This document shows, one piece after another, positions 13,419 to 24,992 of a stretch of 64,000 bases of DNA. This DNA comes from Bilabrum cf. latius (lineage: Eukaryota), in assembly GCA_965178125.1 (NCBI GenBank), contig OZ237772.1, positions 1 to 64,000 on the forward strand. Reading direction: 5' to 3'. Under the pieces are notes generated by a model. That model had not been told where the DNA came from and made no database searches. It saw only the letters and a program-made list of their open reading frames with translations. Position 1 is the first letter of the stretch. Every line of letters starts with the position of its first letter. Both the position numbers and the translations under genes were made by a program.

Positions 13419-13748
13419 CGACCGGGCAAGGGGCGGGCGGGGGGGCCAGGTGACGACGGGGGCCTCGGACAGCACCTGGTTGACGAACAGCGCCAGGCCG
13501 ATCACGGTAGGGCACGCGATGCTGTAGGTCAGGAAGGCCGCGAACAAGTTCAGGCAAGCCACTTTCTCTGTAGCACACTCGCTGATGGCATTAATTGGCA
13601 CGGGCGATGTGCTGTCTGAGGGAGCCCAGCGTGGGACACGACGGCAGGTTGCATTTGACAATGATCGCATACAAATCCGATTTGGCATAATAACATTCAG
13701 ATGCTTGGCACCGCTAGCGAACGAGAAACGGTGCGCGTCGGCATGGAT

Positions 13749-14345
13749 TTACAACACGGACTGCTCGCCGGCGCCGACATCTACGGCGCCCCCGTCTCCC
13801 TCTTCGATCCCGCTCGGATCGTACGACCCTTCATCACTTGGAACAACCGACTGCATGAATCCACCGCCGTTTGAGCCGGTTTCACCCTCGCCCTCCGGGA
13901 TCAGGCCATCCTTCTGCACGAGCTCGCCGCCGAAGAATGCGAGCATGGCTGTGATGACGCCATACAGGATGAACAAGAATACAGCAAACACCGCAGTGGC
14001 GGTTTCTGCCGACGGTCTCGATTCGAGGGGGTTACCGACGTTGTTTGCGGACAGGACCGCCACAGTAAGCATCTGCATCGCCGTGCAGAAGCAAACGCCA
14101 AGCATGCACCCCATCCACTTCTCGCTCCTGTACGCCGGATTTTTAAGCAACATGGTTCCTCCCACCGCCAAAGCTATCGCTAGCAGGGCATACCAAACCA
14201 ATGCGAACCCGTATGCGTGGCTGTCAGCCTTGGCTGCCGCCGCAAGCACGCATATGACGAACGCAAACTTAAATACCTGTGTTACGAGCCACGTGTACCA
14301 TATGACATTGATTTTGTTGGAGAAAAGCCCCTGGACTTGTTCCAT
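13749..14345 (-). CDS. Four-TM membrane protein with acidic tail, function unknown
   Basis: ATG at 14345 (MEQVQGLF), four hydrophobic helices, ends at TAA. Confidence 0.7.
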   Translation of the reverse strand: MEQVQGLFSNKINVIWYTWLVTQVFKFAFVICVLAAAAKADSHAYGFALVWYALLAIALAVGGTMLLKNPAYRSEKWMGCMLGVCFCTAMQMLTVAVLSANNVGNPLESRPSAETATAVFAVFLFILYGVITAMLAFFGGELVQKDGLIPEGEGETGSNGGGFMQSVVPSDEGSYDPSGIEEGDGGAVDVGAGEQSVL

Positions 14346-14499
14346 TCTCTGATAGCAGTGAGGTGTGTCCAATCCTCCGCCAACGTTCCGGGAAATCGAC
14401 TAATATCAGATTGCGGCTGTGTAAAGAGCTCTGTACAAAGCAGTGGACACAGAGCCCGATTAGAGAGGTCAAACGGTATACTGTGCGCCTCGCATCGTA

Positions 14500-14992
14500 A
14501 TGCCACCGTCTCCGTTGAAACCATTTGCAAGGCTGCTGGCACCTGTCAAGTTTTCCAAAATAGTTCCGTTTCTTCAATCTGTTAAAATTCGGTTTGATGT
14601 GGCCGACGAATCTGCTCGTGGTCTTGTGTGAGAAGCTCAGAAGTAGGCAACGACAAACATAAAGTAGAAGCATCCAAATTTGTCTCCGAGGCTATCCTTG
14701 GACCCACGTTCTGCCTAATCGCAGGGAGGTCCTTTCGCAGCTCGGAGGGAAGAAGGTGCAAGAACTTGCACCGAAATTAAAAGTAGATTTTGAGCCTCTC
14801 ATCCAGGAGAAAGCCATGATGGAGGTAGAGTTTGTGGATGGTACCAAGCAGACGTTTCATGCTGCTGGTCTCACATACTCGGACCTGTCTCGCGACATGT
14901 TTGAGCAGTGCAGGGCAATCTAGCTCAGCGACGCCGAGACCGGCACGGTGCGAGAGGGCAACACTTTCAATTACGTAGAAGGCAGGCAATAA
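14500..14992 (+). CDS. Mitochondrial ribosomal protein mL53-like
   Basis: Absent from the ORF track. MPPSPLKPF..LQSVKIRFD..[intron 14628-14724 with ctaat branch site]..EVLSQL..MEVEFVDGTKQTF. In-frame TAG at 14921. Ends at TAA. Confidence 0.7.
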
Positions 14993-15567
14993 GTAGTTCC
15001 AAAAGCCCCGGGCGGTTGTGGACCCTCTGGAATGGCAGCCAGCCGCAGGGAGGGCAGTACTTGCAGTGGGCCGTGCCATTCGCTTATGCCTCTCTCGAGC
15101 TGCTGCTCTGCCGGCTATTCTCTGCCAGCCTGGACGCCCTGGCGCGAATGGCCATACAGACCACCCACGGACGAGAGGAGGGAGACCTGCATATAGGCCT
15201 GATGTCAGCTAAAGCCTCTCGATCTGGTTAGGCAAGGGCTCGACTTGAGGTACCCCTGGCAGGCTTGCTGGGTGGTGGATGCCTTTCAGGTCCGGCGAGG
15301 GTCGCGTGCATTTACGGGCCATGGGGGCTCGTAGGAATCTCGCATGGAAACCGGGCAGAATCCAAGCTTTTTTGGTGGATCCGGACAAGCAGGTGCAAAC
15401 TAGTCTAGAATGGAAGGAGCCCCAGCCCCCCGTCGGTCCCGCAAGCGTGCGACATCCCGCAAAAATGCCGCGTTCGTCTGCGCCAGCTTGATTGAGTAGT
15501 GTAGCCGTTCTCGTATCACGGCACACTGGAGAGAGTTTGCAAACGCAAATAGGGTTCCAAGTATTAT

Positions 15568-15970
15568 TCACAAATGAGTTCGCTCTACCGCCAAACCCTT
15601 CCTAGCCAACGCTTCCTCCCACGCCGCCATTTCAGCTTCATACAGTTCCCTCATCCTCTCCCGTCGTATCAAGAGCAGCTGTGACGCAAACTCTTTCGTG
15701 TCTGACCGTATTCTGCGAAGGAGAGGGCGGGACAGCGAAGGTAATCTCAAAGTAACACAACCCTGCACCAGATTATATCAATACAGAATGGTCTCACTCC
15801 TTGGCTCTCGCAGCGACATCTTTTGGGTTAAGCTTTGTGGATGCTTGCTTCTCAGCCCACTCTGTCGCTTGCGCTGTGCGCTGGTACCTTTGTATGTCCT
15901 CTTTTCTCCTCTCCAAGTCACTCTATCTAGCAATAGACTATCGAATGTGAATGGGCAACTGAGAGTCCAT
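15568..15970 (-). CDS. CFAP141 (C1orf189)-like small flagellar protein
   Basis: MDSQLPIHIR[TAG]SIAR[TAG]SDLERR...AKE, one intron, then IRRERMRELYEAEMAAWEEALARKGLA. Ends at TGA. Confidence 0.6.
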
Positions 15971-16180
15971 CTGCAACGACTAGGCTCGCTCGATGTCGGT
16001 TCACACAACGGAAAGATGGAGCGGCAAAAGTTCGTTCCGGCTCGTCGAACCTTCCTTCAAGTTTGCATGTGTGTGCCTCGCCCTAGTGCAACAGCAGCTG
16101 CGGATTGACACTGAAGATTGGAATTACCCGATAGGTCTAACCGTATAGCTACTAAACATTTTTCTATCGGAATTGCTGCT

Positions 16181-18622
16181 ATGCCGACTCAAGGCCGTCA
16201 AGGATTCAGGAAGGGGGCGTCCTCGGACAACCCGGACCGGGTAGGGAAAGGTTCCGGGCAGCGAGACAAGAATACCATCAAGCGACTCAATTTGTATCGC
16301 GCTCGGGCTATTCGCGACAAAACTGGAAAGGTGATTGGTGGGCAGCTCATGATGAAAGGGAGAGCTGGAGACGCCCCGATCACTGGTGCAACCGGGCGAG
16401 TGCAGCCGGACCGGAGGTGGTTCGGCAACACGCGCGTTGTTGGTGCTAAGGAGCTTGACACGTTTCGCGAAGAAATGGGAAAGCGCGCGCATGACCCGTA
16501 CACGGTCATTTTGAGGGAGAAGCGGCTGCCCATGGGCCTTCTCACCGACACGGGCGGCCAGGGCTCAAGCGAGGCAGCGGCCTCGTCCAGCGCAGAGCAA
16601 GCCAGCCATGCTGGATTCCGGAGAAGCGGGGCTATCTTGAGCGCAGAGAGCTTCCAGGACACATTTGGCAAGAAATCCAAGCGGAAGCGCCCCCGCCTGG
16701 ACGGCATGTTGGGCGGGCTGCTGGGCGGCGCCTCGGACATGGGCGCCCTCGCCGTGGCGGCGCAGGCCAAGCGGCAGGGATACTCGGAGGCGAACAGGGG
16801 CGAGGCCGGGACAGGAGCCTCTGCGAACCAGCAGGGCGACGCCTCCGCAGGGGAGGGTACCCCGGCGGCAGGGGGCCAGGGCCAGGGCCAGGGTGTGATG
16901 AGTGCAGCGGAGGCGGAGCTACTGGAGGCTGCCGGGGCAGCGCATGGGGAGGCGGGAGATGGAGACCAGAGGGGACTTGGGGATGCCTCGTCCCCCCAGG
17001 GGGAAGACATCGACGGTGTGGACCTGGCTGATCTCGTGGCGCGGGCGGAGGCGCAGGGCCGCAAGCAGGTGGCAGAGGGAGCCGGGGAACACACTGCCGC
17101 GGAGGGGGGTCTGGGCGAGCTGCCCTCCGGCACTGGGGCAGGGGCTCAGCAGCAGGGCGATGCAGGGAGTGTGGGCGCGGCATCCCTTCCTTCCACAGCA
17201 GGGGCTGCATCGGTGGCTGCCACGGCCGGCACGGCGGGCAGCGTTGCAGGTGATTTGGACAGACAGCGGTTCGCCACCGACCAGGCGGGTGGAGCAGCCT
17301 TCAAGATGGAGACGAGGGAGCGCGTGCTAGAAAAGGGGCAGAGCAGGCGCATCTGGGGCGAGCTGTTCAAGGTTCTGGATTGCAGCGACGTGGTGGTGCA
17401 GGTGCTGGACGCGAGAGACCCGATGGGCACGAGGAGCCACCGGCTGGAGAAGCACCTGAGGTCCAACGCGAGGCACAAGCACCTAGTGCTGGTGCTCAAT
17501 AAGTGCGACCTGGTGCCAACCTGGGTGACTCGCCGGTGGGTGCAGCGGCTCTCCCGGGAGGTTCCCACGCTGGCCTTCCACGCCTCTGTGACCCGCCCGT
17601 TCGGCAAGGGGGCTCTCATCGCTCTGCTGCAGCAGTTCGCTAGGCTACACTCGGACAAGCAGTCCATCTCGGTCGGATTCGTCGGTTTCCCCAACGTTGG
17701 CAAGAGCAGCATGATCAACGCGCTGAGGGGCAAGAAGGCATGCAACGTGGCTCCGGTGCCAGGCGAGACCAAGATCTGGCAGTACGTGACTCTGTTCAAG
17801 TCAGTGCTGCTGGTTGACTGTCCCGGGGTGGTCCCACCGGAGCAGACTGCCCACGCCACTGCTCAGAGCGTGATTTTGCGTGGAGTGGCGCGCGCAGAGA
17901 AGCTGGAGGATCCCGAGGAGGCAGCGGAGGAGGCCATCCGCAGGTCCCAGCGGGTGCACCTCGAGAAGACGTACGGGGTGCCAGCCTCCTCGTGGGTGGA
18001 CCCGGGGGACTTTTTGAGGGCCATGGCGCGCCGCATGGGCAAGCTAAAGAAGGGCGGAGTGGAGGACACCCGAATCGTGGCGCGGGTCATCATCAACGAC
18101 TGGCAGCGGGGACGACTGCCCTGGTTTGTGCCTCCCCCGGAGGAGGCGCAGGTGGGAGGGGGCGATGAGGAGCAGGTTACCGAGACGGGGGCTGCATCCA
18201 CTGCGGCTGTCTCTTCCTCTTCCTCTTCCTCTTCCTCGTCGTCTAGTGCGTCCAGCTCAGCCCCGTCTTCCTCCTCGTCGGCTTCAGCGGTTGCGATGCA
18301 GAAGGCAGGCCCGGAACCAAGGTCCGCTCAAGCTCCGATGCAGGGAAGCTCAAGCGCCACCGGAAATAACGATGAGGACGACGATGAGGCAAGCGGGCCT
18401 CAGGAGGTGCCGGGAGCCTCTGGGGTGGTGGTGCCGGCGCAGGACTTCGAAGGGGTGGGTGACCACTGGGCAGAGGGAGGGGCGCAGGCCGCGCTGGTTG
18501 CAGCTGCCAAGGGGGGCAGGAAGGGCAAGAAGGGCAAGGCCAAGGGCGGTGCCAAGGGGAGGGCCACCAGGGGCAGGAAGCGAAAGGCAGATGAGATGGA
18601 GGCAGCGTCGAACGATGACTGA
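16181..18622 (+). CDS. NOG2: Nucleolar GTP-binding protein 2 (NOG2/GNL2)
   Basis: NGP1NT domain (PDRRWFGNTR), KGQSRRIWGELFKVLD, NKCD, GFPNVGKSS, DCPG, DWQRGRLPWF. Long Gly/Ala-rich insertion. Ends at TGA. Confidence 0.96.
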   Translation: MPTQGRQGFRKGASSDNPDRVGKGSGQRDKNTIKRLNLYRARAIRDKTGKVIGGQLMMKGRAGDAPITGATGRVQPDRRWFGNTRVVGAKELDTFREEMGKRAHDPYTVILREKRLPMGLLTDTGGQGSSEAAASSSAEQASHAGFRRSGAILSAESFQDTFGKKSKRKRPRLDGMLGGLLGGASDMGALAVAAQAKRQGYSEANRGEAGTGASANQQGDASAGEGTPAAGGQGQGQGVMSAAEAELLEAAGAAHGEAGDGDQRGLGDASSPQGEDIDGVDLADLVARAEAQGRKQVAEGAGEHTAAEGGLGELPSGTGAGAQQQGDAGSVGAASLPSTAGAASVAATAGTAGSVAGDLDRQRFATDQAGGAAFKMETRERVLEKGQSRRIWGELFKVLDCSDVVVQVLDARDPMGTRSHRLEKHLRSNARHKHLVLVLNKCDLVPTWVTRRWVQRLSREVPTLAFHASVTRPFGKGALIALLQQFARLHSDKQSISVGFVGFPNVGKSSMINALRGKKACNVAPVPGETKIWQYVTLFKSVLLVDCPGVVPPEQTAHATAQSVILRGVARAEKLEDPEEAAEEAIRRSQRVHLEKTYGVPASSWVDPGDFLRAMARRMGKLKKGGVEDTRIVARVIINDWQRGRLPWFVPPPEEAQVGGGDEEQVTETGAASTAAVSSSSSSSSSSSSASSSAPSSSSSASAVAMQKAGPEPRSAQAPMQGSSSATGNNDEDDDEASGPQEVPGASGVVVPAQDFEGVGDHWAEGGAQAALVAAAKGGRKGKKGKAKGGAKGRATRGRKRKADEMEAASNDD

Positions 18623-18746
18623 GTCGAGGATCTATTGGGCTAGTAGTTGAAAGTTGACGAGTCTGACTAGAACTTGACCTGTGGTACCATCCGGATCCAA
18701 GGATCCATGATTCATAGACACACCCGTGCGGTGCACCAAGAGTAGT

Positions 18747-20979
18747 TCACTTCCCGGCACCGGCACCCAGACTCCTGCGACTGCTCTCCCACAGAGCCTC
18801 CGGCAGGTCCACCACCTGCAGCCCGTTCTTGGCTTCGGAGTGACGAAGGCGCCACCAGCGACCCGCCCAATGCTCCGTGCCCACTGCAGCCACCAGATGC
18901 CTCCCGCAAGGGGTGAAGCTGAGTCCGTTCACGAACCCGCGGCAAGGCACGTGCCCGACCGCTTCAATCCGGCGCATCTCGCCCACGTCGTCGCCCTCGC
19001 CCTCCAACCCTGGCCCGGCCACCGCACCCCTAGGCCGCCCCACTCGCCACAGCATGATGCCCCGGGACACTCCCGCAGCGGTTGCAACCAGGTCTGTGCC
19101 CCTCAACCAAGCTGCCGCAGTGACCCAGGTACAGCTGTGGCAAGCGGCGCTTCGGGCAGAGGGTCGGCGGGAGGGCACAGGGGCGGCTCCTGCTGGTGCC
19201 GGGCTTGATGCACCCAAGTCCGATGCACGGGTTGTGGTCTCACCGGCTGATGTACCTACGCTCTCGCGCTCACCCGCACATGCTTCCTCGTACGGCGTAC
19301 CAATGCCCAGCGCGCTTGCAGCTGCAACGTGTCTCCGCTTGGACTGGGACCACAGCAGCAGTCGCCCGTCGTGCGACCCACTCAGCACGAGCCCGCCCTG
19401 GGGGTGCACCAGGACGGCCACGTCCACGCACTCGCACCCTGCTGGCGCCCTGAAGACCAGCTGGGACTGTTCCTTGAGCTTCCACAGCCGGATGGTGCGC
19501 TCCCTGCCCCCCGCACTCACCGCCCGCCCGTCACCAACCATGTCCAATCGACCAGGAGCTGCCGCATGCCCGAACAGCGTCTCCATCAGCACACGCTCCC
19601 TCGACTCCCAGTGCAACACTCGCCTATCGGCCCCAGCAGATAGCAGGGTCCCACTACCAGCATCTGGGCTGAAGCGCAGCCCCGATACGCTGGCGGTATG
19701 GTTCCGAAGCGTGTGGCTCGGCCGGTGCCTGCCCAGCGAGCCAGCTTGGCCAACCTAACCGCCCCGCTTGCCCTTGCCCTTGCCCTTGCCCTTGCCTTTT
19801 GAGTCGCGGGCGGATACATTGCCACTGCCTACAAGCTCGCCCGTTCTTTGGGCTGCATCTCCCAAGGCTCCAGCCCCAGCCCCAGCCCCAGCCCCAGCCG
19901 TGTGCCTCCCTGGTGCCACTAGTGACCAGAGCCTAACTGTGAAATCGTCCCCCCCACTCGCCACCGTGCTACCATCCGAAGATATGGAGACATCGCGCAC
20001 CGCGGCAAAGTGTCCCCCCAGAGACCTTTCTTGGGAGGACAGCGAGCCAGTCGCAGGGCCGCTCGACCCCGCCTCGGCCTGTCCCTGCCCTTGGGCCTGT
20101 CCTTGGGTAGCCCCAGGCGCCGCTGCAGGGAAGTCCATGAGACCCATTCGGAGGGCTTGTTTCCCTGCGCTCAAACCGGCTGCCGGTCCGAACCCCCTGC
20201 GCGCGGCATCCTCCATGGCCCCCGATCCCTTGAGGTTGGCGCCACCACCGTGCGCCTGCTTTGCGGCACCCACGTCTGCACGGGTGCGGCGGCGGCCCGC
20301 CCACTGCTCCCGAGCGCCCGTGCGCAAGTCCCACACCCACAGAGAGCAGTCCTTTGATCCTGACACCGCGACAGCAGTCTTAAGAGGCAGGTGAGGGGGA
20401 CTCGTGGATGGAGCCGACGAGCTGGACGAGGCCGATACCTCCGACTGAGGGCCCAGTCTGCTGCTGCCCAGGCGGGATGTGGAAGAACTTGGGCTCCATG
20501 TAGCAACGCAAGTTGGGGCTAGCTGCGCAAGGTAGTGGGGAAATGCCAAGACCAGCAAACGCAGGGGAGGTGGGTAGGCGCAGGCTGGCTTGCACTGAAG
20601 CATATTTGAGCGCACTTACGTTATGCCCACGCATGAAGCGGAGTGAACCCGCCCAATCAGTTCCCACAATGCTTGTCGCAACTTCCTGAACTGCAGCTTG
20701 CGTTTCCAGCTCGGCATCTTCCTCTAGTCTCGCTGCCACTTCGTCGTGTGCACCATCCGGCCCACTCGCGCCCGCCCCAATCTTACTCAGGTACTCGCGG
20801 GCCAGTCTCAACCGCTTTCGATCACAAGATTCATCGTCGGAGTCCAGTGGCGCGCCTTCGCCGTGCATCATGCCTGCAGCCGTGCTGGGCAGCTGGGCAT
20901 CCCGTGAAGATGCCTTTTCAGAGTCACTATTAATGCCTTTGGCCCCATCAAGCTCTCGTGACCGCTTTGCCCCAATCAT
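18747..20979 (-). CDS. RRP9: U3 snoRNP WD40 protein RRP9/U3-55K
   Basis: RKRLRLAREYL, WD40 repeats, METLFGH, RTIRLWKLKEQSQLVFR, AAVGTEHWAGRWW. Intron about 20520-20619. In-frame TAG at 19755. Ends at TGA. Confidence 0.88.
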
Positions 20980-21152
20980 AATCAGCTGCAAATAACTAAT
21001 CAGATGAGAAACGATCCTAAACGGTGGGAATTTGACGCAGTTGCTGTTGTTCGATTGGGTGCAGCGCACTGCAGAAAGAATTTATAACGTGGGAATCTAA
21101 ATACAGATTTATCATGAGGTTCCCGTCTTTCGCACGGATCGTCTGTGAAATC

Positions 21153-21666
21153 ATGCTTGCACGAGCTCGAGCGCTTGTTGGCAAGGTTCACTACTGGTAA
21201 GATTGTGTTGCGTTAATTCGTGCCCATTTACGGTGCCGCAATTTGTTGTTGTGTCCTTGCGGTGCGCTCTAGCCAAGAGGCAACCATTTATCCTCATATT
21301 TTCCATCGCAGGAAGTGGGTCACCTACTACCAGCACCAGCGCAAGTTCGGCGAAGGTGGTACAACTCTTCTCTGGAACGCTGCGTTTGGAATCATGGTCG
21401 TGTGGATCGCTATAGAGCAAGGGCTCCACCACAAACAGATTCGGCAGGCTGCGTACAGCAAGCGCAAGGCGGCTATCCAGGCTGAAGAGAGCAAGTGCTG
21501 GGAAGAGGAGCGAGCCTTGATGGCAGTTGATAAGAAGGAGTTAACTGAATCTCAGTTCCGCGTCGACAGTGGTGAAGTCAGCCCAGCAGCTGTGGCAGAC
21601 GCCGCGCTCGTGCCCCTGCCGATCGATGCTCTCAAGGAGTTTGCCCCGAAGGATGGACGGCAGTGA
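21153..21666 (+). CDS. Small single-TM protein, possibly mitochondrial
   Basis: MLARARALV exon, gtaag intron, then a ~130 aa ORF with one TM helix. Ends at TGA. Confidence 0.55.
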
Positions 21667-21953
21667 ATTGCGTATTCACCTTTGTTACGGTAGGATTGGG
21701 GTGCACGGATTGGAACCTGGTCGCGGCACAGCGGCGCTGGAGCTTATTTGGACTGCGGGCCACCGCTGTGATGATTGGTTTGATGATTTAAGCTGCAGCG
21801 AATGGTCCTCTCGTGCCGGCCGAAACATGGGTTGATGTGAAATCTATCTGCGTGCTTCACACATCGAGGCGGTAATCCGATGGCGACAATCGAGGCCACT
21901 TGCCCTCTCTCTGCATCTTCCCGCCACTGGGCTGCCGGCCCATGGCGCCGCAG

Positions 21954-22688
21954 TCAGGTCGTCTCTGAACCCGGCTCTCTTCGCTGCCGTTCAGCCTTCT
22001 TGCGGGCAGAACCATCCCCTCCCCCGGCACATGGAGGCACGTCGCGCAGCCCTGCGGCTTGCATGGCGGCTTCCCTCGCGGCAGCAAGCGCCTCGTCGCT
22101 CCACATCCCAGGGCTGCCGGTATCGCCAGCGGTGTCCGCCACAGTGCCCCCCATAGATGAACTGGACGCATCTCCAGCGCGCCTCTTGTTGACTGCCTCT
22201 GCCGCTGAGCTAGCCAGTCTCTCAATCTTGCTAGGCCTGGCCGTGTGGATGGAGAGCGCGTGGATGCCTCCCTCGGCAGCCAGCAGTTCACTTGCGGCAT
22301 CCATCACGGCTCTGTGCCTTGACAATGGTAGTCGTAGCTTTGGGTCACTATCGAATGATTCGCTGCACACAGCCACAGCAAAATGGGTCTCGCCCCCTTT
22401 GGTGCCACCGTGCCCGTCGCTGTCATTCCTGACTGCGAATGCAATAAGCTGCCTGGAATCCTCATGCGGTTCAGGCGAAGATTCAAACTAATTCCAAATG
22501 TTGGTAACAAGCTATTTGCCAACTTCTCCCCGCTGGTCTTCACGCAAGGCCTTGAGATCAGGTGCAGGCAGAAGGTGGCGGATCGCTGGAGCAGAGCTCA
22601 TGCAGGATCCTGATACAGATGCCATGAACTTCAATGCCTCCTTTCTGCCAACCAGTCTTTGCAGCGTCGGGCGAAATCCAACCCTCAT
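21954..22688 (-). CDS. BolA-family (BolA1-like) protein with N-terminal extension
   Basis: NDSDGH..GGETHFAVAVCSESF..RHRAV..GGIHALSIH and C-terminal PPCAGG. In-frame TAG at 22512 and 22488. Ends at TGA. Confidence 0.82.
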
Positions 22689-22805
22689 GTATTTTTGGGG
22701 CCTGGACGAATCTTGTTCAGCCGGCGAAACCTGAAGAAGAAGAGTTACTAGTAGTGTGCGCTACCGCAAGAAGTACACTCCGTTTTGTATCGCTTTGTCA
22801 CGGCC

Positions 22806-23540
22806 ATGCATAGGTGTGCACCTTCGAAGAGGGCCATTAATTTGACTCGGATATGCACCCCGAGGCCTTCAGCTGGGGTACTGGTGACTCGCCTAGGACT
22901 ACCTTTTACCCCATCCACACAAGCTGTTCGATGGGCAACCAAAAAGGTCGCCGGTACGAGTAGGAATGGACGAGAAAGCGAATCTAAACGATTAGGCATT
23001 AAGCGTTTTGGAGGCCAGTGGGTGCGGGCGGGCGAAATTTTGGTACGACAGCGAGGGACGCGGTGGGGAGCAGTGAAGAAGGGCGACACCGTAGGGGTGG
23101 GCAGGGACCACACGATATACGCAAAAATAGATGGCTTCGTGAAATTTTATCGTGATACCATGAGGAAGAAAACGCTGGTTGCTGTCTTGCCGGATGGACT
23201 CGCCTAGGAGTGCGGCGTGCCGGCCAGGAGGCAGCCGGGCGAGGTGCAGGCTGCCTGGGCTCGCGCTCAGGAGGCGGTTGGGAGGAGGCGACGGTCTCCT
23301 GCGCTCGATGGCTCGTATGCAGCAGGATCCGACTATGCTGCTTGGCACCGTGTGCCTCAGGTGGCTGCGGCCCGCCGGGAGCGATTTGGTGGGTCCTTGC
23401 CGGAGGATGTGGTGGGGCTGGCAAGCCTAGAGGCATCCTGGGGGAGCGGGAGCGGGCACGATGGTTCAGGGGATGTGGGCAAGAAAAGTGAAGACATGGG
23501 TGTCCAGGAGAAGCCATCCTGGGCGTCTGGCGCGCTCTGA
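22806..23540 (+). CDS. MRPL27: Mitochondrial ribosomal protein bL27m
   Basis: [43 protein letters not shown]. The frame stays open past TAG 23205 to TGA 23538. Confidence 0.9.
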
Positions 23541-24065
23541 TGCGTGGATGGATTGCAGAGTCCACGTGACAGCAGTCCAGTCATGATACAATGCAGTGCA
23601 GCTTGTTTGTTTATTCACGCACGGTGATACTGAAGTTACCAGGGCTGTCTGACGAGTTGTCCTTTGCAAAGAAGTCTCGTCGCGAATTCGGCACCAACGA
23701 ACTGAACTGTAGCACAGAGGGTCGGTCCCCAAGCAACGCGGCAAAATGGCGGCATCATCACACACAGGCTGATGCCGAAGGCAGCTGGGCAACTCGAACA
23801 GGTAGCCATCCCATCATCGGCCCCGCCGTCGCCCTCACCATGTCCATCATCGTTCAGCGTGTCGGTCGAAGTGCTGACTGATTTATTGTGCTGCAATTTG
23901 TGCAGCAGCTGGCCTTAACCGGAACTTACATCACGTTTCTTGCAAATCCAATCCAATCATTATCTGGGCCCTAGAATCTCGTCTGACTGTCGTTTGCCAG
24001 TAAACTGAACATTTTTAGGGATCGGTAGCCTCAGTAACAAGGCTACCAAAAAAGCAACTGCGTGA

Positions 24066-24992
24066 ATGCGCAAGCGTCGAGAGAAACCAGCCGGCGTGGA
24101 CGAGCCGAGCCAGCAACACGGTGAACTGCCAGCAAGCTTGCCGGCGCAGGATGTGCCAACTGGAACCAAACCAAAACGCCAATCAAAGGCAAATCACACC
24201 TTGCCCCCCCAAACGGATCATAGGCCTGGCAAGATTGTTGCTGAGCCAATGCAGCTGGCGTGCATGGAATGGATGGTTGCTTTTGCTATTGTGGGCTGCG
24301 CAGGTGGAGCTTTTGCTGTATACAATGGGGCCATAGTACACTATAGATTGTTACGTCATGGCTGGCCGTTGTTGATCCCGCGGTAGCTGTACGTCGGAGA
24401 TGTCAGCGTTGCCATTTCAAGCATAGGATTGTTGGGATCGGTCGCTGCTATTCTGCTCATGGGGGCGCCTCTCCTCATGCCCGTATATCGGTTCTGCCCA
24501 GCACAGTCACGACTCGTGAAGGCGCATCTGAATGCTACAAAAAGGACGAACTGCAGCAAGAATGATCGCGATGGCTTACTCCGAAAATCAAGGCTAGTCT
24601 CATGGTATCAGTGCGTGGTATTCCTGGCCTTAGTTGTTGGGAATTGCGTTTCGCTGCTGAACTTAGTGCCGTATGCGCTTCTGTGTTTCGGGACTCCACA
24701 CCTACAATTGACGTCACTGTGGATTCGTGTGGCCCTTTCTTGTGTTCCAATACTTGGCGCAGCTATTCAGGTCATCGAGTCATGTCGATCATCTGCATTA
24801 TAGCAACAGTATTTATTGATTGCAAAGGTCATGTCTGGTGGATTCTACCATGTCCTCGATAACCCTGTATGGAGGTCCTCGTTAATATCTATCTTTTGCT
24901 CGGGTAGCCTACTGTTGGGGATGATAATCGGGATGGAGGCAGAGTCTCCGTTGCTGGACGCAATGATTGTTTTTTTCCAGAGCTTCCTATAA
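24066..24992 (+). CDS. Multi-pass membrane protein, function unknown
   Basis: Two same-frame ORFs joined through TAG 24384 and extended through TAG 24801. Hydrophobic helices throughout. Ends at TAA 24990. Confidence 0.6.
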
